Positions 1 through 8,010 of a DNA stretch of 25,854 nucleotides are shown piece by piece. The DNA is from a virus. Lineage: Duplodnaviria; Caudoviricetes. A program made the translations under genes and the position numbers. Below the pieces are notes generated by a model. That model saw only the letters and a program-made list of their open reading frames with translations. It was not told where the DNA came from and ran no database searches. The stretch is from IMG/VR virus record IMGVR_UViG_3300025696_000045, positions 1 through 25,854 of that record; one strand, written 5' to 3'. Numbering within the stretch: position 1 is the first letter of the stretch; every line of letters starts with the position of its first letter.

Positions 1-1484
1 GTTACTTAAAGTTTGGTAGCGGTTCAACAACTCAAATGACTTTGGACAACTCAGGAAACGTTGGTATTGGCACAAGCACCCCCAACGCCTACTCTGGCTA
101 TACGTCATTGACGCTCGATCACGCAACCAACGGTGGCATCATTGACATTGAGCGTGGCGGTAATTTAATCGGTGAAATTTTCTCTTTTGACTCTAATACG
201 TTTGCGCTCTCCGCTGTTGGTTCAAGGGCGATTAACTTTCTCACAAATAGTGCGGAGCGTATGCGTATCACATCAGCGGGATTGGTGGGTATTGGCATCA
301 GCAGTCCAAGCAATGTTCTTCATGTTTCAGGCAATAGTTCTACTCCAGCTAAAATAAGCAGCACTGCATCTGGCGGTAGTTATGTACTGCTGAACGACGA
401 TGATAGTGGTGTATTTTTTGGTAACGAAGACGGAGAAGCTATTATCTGGACAGGCTCCTCTGAGACAGGCTCTGGTGGCGGCGAGCGTATGCGTATCGAC
501 AGCAGCGGTAACGTTGGGATTGGGACGAGTTCGCCCGCTTCTTTGTTGCATTTAGAAAGCGACACACCCGTTATCACATTGCGTGATACAAGTGCATATT
601 CTGCTGGCACTGGGCCATACATTCAGTTTCAAGGACTAGATAGTGGTTCAACTAATCGAGTGTTTGGTCAAATTTATGGCTTGTCGAATGGTTCTAACTC
701 TGGAGAACTTGCCTTTTACACAAGAAACAGCGGTTCAACAGCAGAAGCTATGCGCCTCACTAGTGGTGGAGATTTAGGCCTCGGAACAACGACACCGCAC
801 AGCACTGCTTGGGGTACTGTTGGTCAAGGTCGGCAGATGGAAATATCGGGTGGAACAGGAACGTCTGGCTATGGAGTCCTACATATTAGTGGCTCTGGTC
901 AAAGTGCGACAAGCAGAACATACACTCAAGGCGTCGGAGATGGTAAGTTCTATATGGCCTATGACGCTACCGCTAACGCACATCGTATGATTACCGACAG
1001 CAACGGTTTTGTACTGATTGGTTATCTTAACAGCAACGGTTCATATAAGTTGCAAGTCAACAGCCAGATTTTTGCGACAAGTTCAACTATTGCCACATCA
1101 GACGGGCGGTATAAGGAAAACGTAACGCCCATAACTGGCGCTTTAGACTTGGTTTCTGCATTGAACCCCGTCCACTTCGATTGGATGCCTCATTCAGTTC
1201 ACGACTTTGACACTGAGAACACGCAAATCGGCTTTATTGCACAAGAGGTTGAGCAAGTATTGACTGACAAGCCGTATCTCGGGTCTATCGTTAAATCAAA
1301 CACCTGTGTTGTAACACCAGCGGAAAAAGATGAAGATGGAAACGTCGTTACCGAAGCGATTACAGAGGATTTTCTTGGTATTGCGGAAAGTAATCTAGTA
1401 GCGCTTCTAACTTCTGCACTGCAAGAAGCAATTACAGAAATCACAGCCCTTAAAGCTAGGGTAACAACACTAGAAGGAGCCTAA
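1..1484 (+). CDS. Tail fibre/spike protein with C-terminal intramolecular chaperone (peptidase S74-like); 5'-truncated
   Basis: The frame is open from the window edge (YLKFGSGSTTQ precedes the ATG at 36). Five repeats resembling MRI(T/D)SxGxVGIG, G/S/T-rich. TSDGRYKENV autocleavage motif (Ser codon at 1098), GFIAQEV, and a C-terminal coiled coil (LQEAITEITALKARVTTLE). Confidence 0.9.
   Translation, partial: YLKFGSGSTTQMTLDNSGNVGIGTSTPNAYSGYTSLTLDHATNGGIIDIERGGNLIGEIFSFDSNTFALSAVGSRAINFLTNSAERMRITSAGLVGIGISSPSNVLHVSGNSSTPAKISSTASGGSYVLLNDDDSGVFFGNEDGEAIIWTGSSETGSGGGERMRIDSSGNVGIGTSSPASLLHLESDTPVITLRDTSAYSAGTGPYIQFQGLDSGSTNRVFGQIYGLSNGSNSGELAFYTRNSGSTAEAMRLTSGGDLGLGTTTPHSTAWGTVGQGRQMEISGGTGTSGYGVLHISGSGQSATSRTYTQGVGDGKFYMAYDATANAHRMITDSNGFVLIGYLNSNGSYKLQVNSQIFATSSTIATSDGRYKENVTPITGALDLVSALNPVHFDWMPHSVHDFDTENTQIGFIAQEVEQVLTDKPYLGSIVKSNTCVVTPAEKDEDGNVVTEAITEDFLGIAESNLVALLTSALQEAITEITALKARVTTLEGA
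255..497 (+). repeat. 15-bp direct repeat GAGCGTATGCGTATC (255-269 and 483-497) at tail fibre module junctions
   Basis: Exact match; both copies encode ERMRI. Confidence 0.85.
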
Positions 1485-1487
1485 ACA

Positions 1488-1796
1488 ATGGCTGTAACAT
1501 ACACTTGGACTATCCAAACTTGTGAGCGTGATATCGCTACAGGTGGCATCAACGTAATTCACTGGCGCTGCACAGGCGTCGATGGTGAACACTCAGCGTC
1601 AAATTACGGTAGTGTAGGTTTAACTTACGATCCGTCCGACAGTGACTTCATTGCATACGCTGATGTAACTGAGGCACAGGCTCAAGCATGGGTCTGGGAG
1701 AACGTATCACAGACTGACACTGAGGCGGCTATCGCTGCTGATATCGACAAACAAATTAACCCAACCGAAGCCTCTGGAAACCCTTGGGCTGCATAA
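1488..1796 (+). CDS. Small tail-fibre-associated phage protein (function unknown)
   Basis: RBS GAAGGAG upstream, 3 nt after the fibre stop. Acidic 102-aa protein with the pattern YTW...VIHWR...FIAYADVTE...W...PW that commonly follows marine phage fibre genes. Confidence 0.7.
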   Translation: MAVTYTWTIQTCERDIATGGINVIHWRCTGVDGEHSASNYGSVGLTYDPSDSDFIAYADVTEAQAQAWVWENVSQTDTEAAIAADIDKQINPTEASGNPWAA

Positions 1797-1812
1797 ACGA
1801 AAGGAGATCACA

Positions 1813-2046
1813 ATGGCTGAGAAACAAACAAACACCATTACGATTGACGATATTGAATATACTGAAGATCAACTGACAGATCAGCAAAAGGTAATGATAA
1901 ATCATATCAAAGACCTTGACCGTAAGGCAGGGTCGGCTCAATTTAATCTGGATCAATTGCATGTTGGAAAGCAAGCCTTTATAAAGATGCTGGCTACATC
2001 ACTTGAGGCTGAAGTTGAAGAGGCCGCTCAAGAAGCTGCGGAATAG
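1813..2046 (+). CDS. Small acidic coiled-coil phage protein, possible fibre assembly factor
   Basis: RBS AAGGAG at 1801-1806; 77 aa, helical character, operon position. Confidence 0.7.
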   Translation: MAEKQTNTITIDDIEYTEDQLTDQQKVMINHIKDLDRKAGSAQFNLDQLHVGKQAFIKMLATSLEAEVEEAAQEAAE

Positions 2047-2059
2047 ATAAGGTAATGAA

Positions 2060-3985
2060 ATGGCGTTTACCAAGTTACAGTTTCGTCCCGGCGTAAACAG
2101 GGAAATCACCTCCTACACCAACGAAGGAGGTTGGTTTGATTGTGACATGGTGCGCTTTCGTTTCGGCACTCCTGAAAAAATAGGAGGATGGGAAAAGTAT
2201 TCCGGCACAAGCTTTTTAGGCACATGTCGGGCACTCAAGCCTTTTGTTGCGTTAGATGGCACCAGTTATTTAGGCGTCGGAACACATCTTAAATATTATA
2301 TAAACGAGGGCGGAGGGTATAATGATGTTACCCCTACTCGTACAACAACTGCCGCGGGGGATGTTACATTTTCCGCGACAAATAGTTCTTCCGTGATAAC
2401 GGTAACCGATGCAGACCATGGAGCGTCCAACAACGATTTTGTTACGTTTTCGGGTGCCGCGACTTTAGGCGGAAATGTAACCGCGGCTGTTTTAAACCAA
2501 GAATACCAAGTTTTTAATGTGGTAAGTAATAATACTTACGAAATTAAAGCCCGCGAAGTGGCTACGATTAGTGAAATCACCATTGACGGACAGTATTCCC
2601 CTACGCTGGTAATAGCAAACGGATCAGACACAGGCAACGGCGGCGCTAGCGTCGTGGGCACCTATCAAATTACTGTTGGTTTAAACACCACCGTAGTTGG
2701 GACAGGCTGGGGTGCAGGTATATGGTCTCGCGGAACGTGGGGATCGGGTAGTTCTTTGACTGCGGTTGGGGACACGCTTCGCATTTGGAGCCACGACAAC
2801 TTTGGTGAAGACCTAATTATTAACGTTCGTAACGGTGGTATTTACTACTGGGACAAATCCACCAGTTCAGCCCCTTTTGCACCGGCAGTAGAGCTGTCTC
2901 AACTTGCAGGTGCAGACTCGACTACGCCCACCATTGCAAAGCAGGTCATGATTTCGGACCGGGATCGGCATGTTATTGTGTTTGGGTGTGATTCCCAGAC
3001 AAATATCGGGGTCCAAGACCCTCTTTTAATACGGTTTTCAGACCAAGAGAACCCTCTTACGTGGTCCGCTCAAGCAACCAACACGGCGGGTGATCTACGA
3101 ATCGGCACAGGTTCTGAGATAATCACGGCCCTCGAAACACGTCAACAAATCTTGGTGTTTACGGATAAATCACTTCACGCGATGCAGTATTTAGGGCCAC
3201 CGTTTACTTTCGGCATCAATCTTATTTCTGAAAATATTACAATTGCCAGTCCTTTGTCTGCCGTTGCGGTGGACGACATGGTGTTTTGGATGGGTGCTGA
3301 AGAGTTTTACATGTACGGCGGGGGTGTTCAAAAGCTTCCATGCTCTGTGCGGGCGTATGTGTTTGAGGACTTTAACACGCAGCAGCAAGAAAAGGTTACG
3401 GCGGCTATTAACTCGTCTTATTCGGAAATTTGGTGGTTTTATCCATCAGCTGATTCAAGTGTTGTGAATCGGTACGTAGTTTTTAACTACGAAGAAAAAG
3501 TTTGGTATTATGGTCAAATGTCGAGAACAGCGTGGATTGACCGAGGCATTGCGCAGTATCCTATATCTGCGTCTACTGACGGATATTTGTACTACCATGA
3601 GTTTGGGGTTGATGACGGCAGTGCGAACCCACCCGCTGCAATCAACGCCTATATAGAAAGTAGTCAGATGGCTATGGGCTCTGGAGATAACTTTGTTTTT
3701 TTAAGTAAAATGATTCCTGATGTTACGTTCTCAACGTCCACGTCGGCTTCTCCGGTGGTTGATTTTACCTTTGAAACCCGCAACTTTCCGGGCGCAAATT
3801 ACAGCACTGTGACCACAAGTAATGTGGCCCGCACGGCTACTGTTCCTATCGAACAATTTACAAACCAAGTTAATCTGCGCCTTCGTGGTAGGTCTTTTGC
3901 GTTTAAAATAGCCTCCGATGACACAGGTGTGGGGTGGCGTTTGGGTACGCCTCGGATAGACGTAAGACCGGATGGACGCCGATGA
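2060..3985 (+). CDS. Tail hub / DNA stabilisation protein (P22 gp10-like beta-propeller)
   Basis: 641 aa, rich in beta-forming and aromatic residues. IRFSDQEN...W...AGDLRI and VFWMG motifs; lies upstream of the ejection-like genes. Confidence 0.7.
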   Translation: MAFTKLQFRPGVNREITSYTNEGGWFDCDMVRFRFGTPEKIGGWEKYSGTSFLGTCRALKPFVALDGTSYLGVGTHLKYYINEGGGYNDVTPTRTTTAAGDVTFSATNSSSVITVTDADHGASNNDFVTFSGAATLGGNVTAAVLNQEYQVFNVVSNNTYEIKAREVATISEITIDGQYSPTLVIANGSDTGNGGASVVGTYQITVGLNTTVVGTGWGAGIWSRGTWGSGSSLTAVGDTLRIWSHDNFGEDLIINVRNGGIYYWDKSTSSAPFAPAVELSQLAGADSTTPTIAKQVMISDRDRHVIVFGCDSQTNIGVQDPLLIRFSDQENPLTWSAQATNTAGDLRIGTGSEIITALETRQQILVFTDKSLHAMQYLGPPFTFGINLISENITIASPLSAVAVDDMVFWMGAEEFYMYGGGVQKLPCSVRAYVFEDFNTQQQEKVTAAINSSYSEIWWFYPSADSSVVNRYVVFNYEEKVWYYGQMSRTAWIDRGIAQYPISASTDGYLYYHEFGVDDGSANPPAAINAYIESSQMAMGSGDNFVFLSKMIPDVTFSTSTSASPVVDFTFETRNFPGANYSTVTTSNVARTATVPIEQFTNQVNLRLRGRSFAFKIASDDTGVGWRLGTPRIDVRPDGRR

Positions 3986-4278
3986 GTAGAGGCCTTGTAC
4001 TTCCTTTCTTCCCAGTAGCTCCAACAGGCTACGATCCTGCTTACCAGATGGAAGTGGTTCGGGCCTTTTCTGTGTTTTTGGGTCAAATAAATAATCCGGG
4101 ACCTTGGCAGGCCTCGGCCTTAACTCTGCCTAATTTGCAGACAGACAACTATAACCTACCTCTGGGGGGCGTGTTTCAGTATGGCGACGAGCTTCGTATT
4201 ACTGTTGCAAATAAACCCTATTTGCGAGGTTCAACAGCAACGGGGGCCGTGGGTAGTGTCACGGTAACAATAACATGA
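3982..4278 (+). CDS. Hypothetical virion-operon protein (98 aa)
   Basis: ATG at 3982 overlaps the upstream stop (ATGA), so it is a better start than the 3934 given in the ORF track. Confidence 0.7.
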   Translation: MSRGLVLPFFPVAPTGYDPAYQMEVVRAFSVFLGQINNPGPWQASALTLPNLQTDNYNLPLGGVFQYGDELRITVANKPYLRGSTATGAVGSVTVTIT

Positions 4279-4508
4279 CGGCTGAAACAGTGATTACAAT
4301 GGCCGACGGCTCAAGATGGCGACCTGCCACTAGCCGAGAGGTGGTAAGATGTGTTACATGTAGTAATGAGGTGGATACCCCTGAAGAAATTGCTTCTTAT
4401 CCAGACGGGAATTGTCCTAATTGCGGTTCGTCATGGACCGGAGAAGAAAATAGAAGTACAATAATTCAGGTAACTATGCCTGACAGTATCACAGGTGGAG
4501 CGGGATAA
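4275..4508 (+). CDS. Small Zn-ribbon protein
   Basis: CVTC...CPNCG; ATGA overlap upstream and TAATG overlap downstream. Confidence 0.7.
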   Translation: MTAETVITMADGSRWRPATSREVVRCVTCSNEVDTPEEIASYPDGNCPNCGSSWTGEENRSTIIQVTMPDSITGGAG

Positions 4509-6397
4509 TGGCAGAAACTGCAAAAAAAATCGATGCAATGGAAGTTCCTGAGGGCGGTATTGCTGACTTTGTGATGTCTGATGAAGACGCGGAGGAGGTT
4601 TACGGCCCGGATGACGACGGAACAGAAGAGTTTGGCGATGAGGGGATTGCTCAATTTACGGCCATAACTAAAAAGATGGCGGCCATGGGCCGTGAGGGCG
4701 ATGATACGATAGCTCACGTGCAGACGGGAGAATTAATTATTCCCGCAGCATTCATCGAAGAAAACCCTGAAATGAAAGAAACGATCTTTGCGTTCCTAGA
4801 ACAGCAAGGCGTGGAAGACCCGGAACGCTACATTGTTGGCTCCGAGGCAAACAGCATTAACCCAGACACTGGCGCGGCAGAGTTTTTCTTTAAAAAGTTT
4901 TTTAAGAAGGTTTTTAAAGGTGTTAAAAAGGTCGTCAAAGGCGTAGTTAAAGTGGTCAAGAAGATTGCTCCCATTGTACTACCCATTGTAGGCACCATGT
5001 TTCTTGGGCCTATTTACGGCGCGGCCCTCGGATCAGGTATTGCAACGTTGATTAACGGCGGTAATATAAAAGATGCTCTTAAATCAGCCCTAATAGGTGG
5101 CGCGATGGGCGGTTTGACCGCCGGTGCTGGTAGCATGATGAGCGGTAACGGCTTTATGACGGGCGTAAGAAACGCTGCGGCTTTTGGTAACGTGTCTGCC
5201 GGTATGTCCGGAATCGGAAAAGCGCTAACAGGTGATTTCTCGGGCGCTTCTTTTGCCAACATGAGGGCTGGTCCAACAGCGCCGGGTGGTACGGCTTTTG
5301 CCGGTGCAGATATAGCCTTAGACCCAGCGTTGGCTTCGCAACAAATTGCGGGCGCTGATACGGGAGCTGGCGCAACCAACGTGGGCACGGATGCAGTAGC
5401 TGGCGCAACCAACGTGGCCGCGGACGGCGTAGCGTTGACCGCGGATCAGATCAAACAACAAGCAATAGACAAGATCAAACAACAAGCAATAGACAATATT
5501 AATACTTACAAGCCCCCGGGCTTTACCGAAAGCATTAAACAAGTGTTTACTCCAAACGACGGCGTTAGCATTGGGGAAGGCCTGAAAAATGCGTTTATGC
5601 CAAATGCGGCCGCTCCGGGAGCCAATGATTTCCTTACCGCGCAGGGGCTTACAAATGCAACCGCCACCGGATTGCAAAGGACCGCGGCAAACGAAGCTGC
5701 GGGTCAGCTAGGTGCAGGCCTTATGCGCACATACGGCCCCGCAGCATTGCTCGGAACAGCTGGTGTAGCCGCGGCGGGCGGCTTTAAGGTGGGTGATCCG
5801 GAGCCCGCAGGCGTTGTTGATCGCGACGAAGATGGAAACGTTATTACGGGTACTGATATAGTGGAAGATGACCCCTCTTCGTATATGATTGCGGACATTG
5901 GGGATAGAGTTTTAGACGCTAAAACTGGAGAATATATTACTAGAGAGGAAGCTGAGTCCCGCCGAGAGAAGGAGGCTGCTCAACTTTATCGCCCACCGGC
6001 CCAAGTTGGTGTTTTTGACCCCGCTGATCCACCGTATCGGCTCTTTTCTGCCCAAAGCACCTATCAGCCTCCCGTGAATTCCTTACAACAGACCGCGGCC
6101 CTTGACCCAAGTGCTTATTTTTTGCAGGGAAGCGTACCAGAAGGTCCGTTTGCCAGACCTTTTGTGGGGCAAACTTTGGCTGATGGTGGTCAAGTATTCC
6201 CTCGTAGGAATGGTGGAATCATGCCAGAAGAGGGCATTCCTAATCAGGACAGCGTTCGTGCCATGTTAATGCCCGGGGAATTTGTTATGACCACTGATGC
6301 GGTCAAAGGCCTTGGTAACGGCAACATGAACGAGGGCATAAAGAACATGTACTCGGTTATGCGTAACCTTGAGAACCGAGGAAGGGCGACAGCGTAA
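4508..6397 (+). CDS. Putative internal virion / ejection protein with membrane-active segments
   Basis: Acidic N-terminus, Lys-rich amphipathic helix, Gly-zipper hydrophobic segments, and a C-terminal DSVRAMLMPGEFV motif like that in tape-measure/internal proteins. Confidence 0.65.
   Translation: MAETAKKIDAMEVPEGGIADFVMSDEDAEEVYGPDDDGTEEFGDEGIAQFTAITKKMAAMGREGDDTIAHVQTGELIIPAAFIEENPEMKETIFAFLEQQGVEDPERYIVGSEANSINPDTGAAEFFFKKFFKKVFKGVKKVVKGVVKVVKKIAPIVLPIVGTMFLGPIYGAALGSGIATLINGGNIKDALKSALIGGAMGGLTAGAGSMMSGNGFMTGVRNAAAFGNVSAGMSGIGKALTGDFSGASFANMRAGPTAPGGTAFAGADIALDPALASQQIAGADTGAGATNVGTDAVAGATNVAADGVALTADQIKQQAIDKIKQQAIDNINTYKPPGFTESIKQVFTPNDGVSIGEGLKNAFMPNAAAPGANDFLTAQGLTNATATGLQRTAANEAAGQLGAGLMRTYGPAALLGTAGVAAAGGFKVGDPEPAGVVDRDEDGNVITGTDIVEDDPSSYMIADIGDRVLDAKTGEYITREEAESRREKEAAQLYRPPAQVGVFDPADPPYRLFSAQSTYQPPVNSLQQTAALDPSAYFLQGSVPEGPFARPFVGQTLADGGQVFPRRNGGIMPEEGIPNQDSVRAMLMPGEFVMTTDAVKGLGNGNMNEGIKNMYSVMRNLENRGRATA
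5365..5417 (+). repeat. 33-bp-period in-frame repeat (AGCTGGCGCAACCAACGTGG twice)
   Basis: Copies at 5365-5384 and 5398-5417, each encoding AGATNV. Confidence 0.9.
5448..5495 (+). repeat. Perfect 24-bp tandem duplication AGATCAAACAACAAGCAATAGACA
   Basis: Copies at 5448-5471 and 5472-5495; IKQQAID occurs twice. Confidence 0.95.
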
Positions 6398-8010
6398 TGG
6401 TCACAACGACAGAACAAATAGTCCGCGAAGCCCCGGATATTGAAGCCTACAAAATTGGGCTTCTTAAATCTGCAAAAGCTCTAGCTGACCAAGGCGTAAC
6501 AATACCTCCGCAAATGGTTGCGGAGATGAGCGACCTACAGATTCGAGCCGGAGAACTCGCAGAAGCGGGCATAGGTGGTTATCAACCTTTCTTAGATCAG
6601 GCGGGTTACACGTTAGGAGATGCGCAAACCTCTATTGGTGGTGTTATGGCTGGGGCGCAGCCCTACCAAACAGAAGCCGCTAACTACATGCGATCCGGGG
6701 CCGATGCCGTACCGGAACAGATACGCGCAGCACAAGCCGGTATTACAAATGCTATCGGAGCCGGACAGGTTGCTACCGATGCCGCCTCTATGGGTCTTAG
6801 AACAGCGGCGGATAACGCAAGATTAGCGGCTCAACAATCTGGGGCCGGTGGTATTGGCGCGTATGAAGCAGCTTTAGACCGGAGCAATCAAGCGGTTCAA
6901 GGCGCTCGTGGGATTACGGGTGATGCTGCCACGGCGTTACAACAAGCCGGAGCTTTAGGAACGCAATCTGCGCAACAAGGTATTGCCGCTTTAAGCGGAA
7001 CAACAGAGGCATTTGACCCGACTTCTACCGGCGCATTTATGAACCAGTACGAAGATGCGGCTGTTCAACAGGCTCTATCAGACATACAGCGTCAAGGTGA
7101 TATCGCGGCCCAAGGTCAACGGGCACAAGCGGTTGGCGCAGGGGCCTTTGGCGGATCACGCCAAGGTGTTCAAGAAGCCGAAATGGCAAGAAACGTGTTG
7201 GAACAGCAAGGCCGGACTGCCGCAGGAATGCGTCAAGCGGGCTTTGAAAGCGCAGCGCAACGGGCACAAGCAGCATACGAAGCCCAACAGGGCCGAGGTC
7301 AGCAAGCGGCACAGCTTACGGGTTCACTTGGCGCACAAGGCGCACAAGCTGGAACGCAAGCAGCACAAGCGGCAGGCGCTCTAGGATTATCCGCAGAACA
7401 ACTGGCGGCGCAGCAAGCGGGTCAGTTGGGACAACTTGGTCTATCGGCACAAACAGCGGCAGGTCAGCAAGGCCTATCTGCGGAGCAATTTGCAGGTCAG
7501 ATGGCCTCGCAGCAAGGTCAGCTTGGCCAATCTCAGGCAACTATGGGTATGCAGGGCGCACAAGCGGCGGGCGGTTTGGGCCTACAAGGGGCAGAGTTGC
7601 GAGGCCGAATGGGCGAAGGCATTGGTGGCCTTGGGGCACAATACGGACAATTGGGCTTGGCACAGGGTGACGCGCTTGGTAATCTTGGATTACGTCAAGC
7701 GTCTCTCGGTGAGCTGGGTCAAAACATGGGTCAAAAAGAAACTGGTTTCTTATTCGATGTTGGCAAACAGTTCCAAGCGCAAAATCAAGCGGAACTAGAA
7801 GCTAACCGGCAAACAGAATTACAGAAAGCATATGAACCATATCAACGGGTATCTTTCTTGTCAGATATTTATAAAGGCGCTCCGTCGTCTCAACAAAGTA
7901 TTTCGGCAACTACGGCACCTTCAGTATCGCCCGCCCAAAGTATTTTGGGACTGGGCGTAGCAGGTCTGTCGGCAGCGGCAGGCGCACAAAGAGCGGGGTT
8001 ATTCGGATGA
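6397..8010 (+). CDS. Gln/Ala/Gly-rich putative DNA pilot / ejection protein
   Basis: 537 aa of low-complexity helical repeats, a GAFGGSRQ motif and a hydrophobic Gly-rich C-terminus; translationally coupled. Confidence 0.65.
   Translation: MVTTTEQIVREAPDIEAYKIGLLKSAKALADQGVTIPPQMVAEMSDLQIRAGELAEAGIGGYQPFLDQAGYTLGDAQTSIGGVMAGAQPYQTEAANYMRSGADAVPEQIRAAQAGITNAIGAGQVATDAASMGLRTAADNARLAAQQSGAGGIGAYEAALDRSNQAVQGARGITGDAATALQQAGALGTQSAQQGIAALSGTTEAFDPTSTGAFMNQYEDAAVQQALSDIQRQGDIAAQGQRAQAVGAGAFGGSRQGVQEAEMARNVLEQQGRTAAGMRQAGFESAAQRAQAAYEAQQGRGQQAAQLTGSLGAQGAQAGTQAAQAAGALGLSAEQLAAQQAGQLGQLGLSAQTAAGQQGLSAEQFAGQMASQQGQLGQSQATMGMQGAQAAGGLGLQGAELRGRMGEGIGGLGAQYGQLGLAQGDALGNLGLRQASLGELGQNMGQKETGFLFDVGKQFQAQNQAELEANRQTELQKAYEPYQRVSFLSDIYKGAPSSQQSISATTAPSVSPAQSILGLGVAGLSAAAGAQRAGLFG

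Noticed and set aside
2360-2548. E1 FCCH-like beta insert in the tail hub taken together with the GG motifs as a ubiquitin-like conjugation system
   Set aside because: This insert type is a common non-catalytic decoration in phage structural proteins; no E1 adenylation, E2 or JAB motifs were seen.
4882-4930. T/A homopolymer runs as a programmed frameshift or terminator
   Set aside because: Explained by Phe/Lys/Val codons of the amphipathic helix; no correctly phased slippery heptamer and no preceding GC-rich hairpin.
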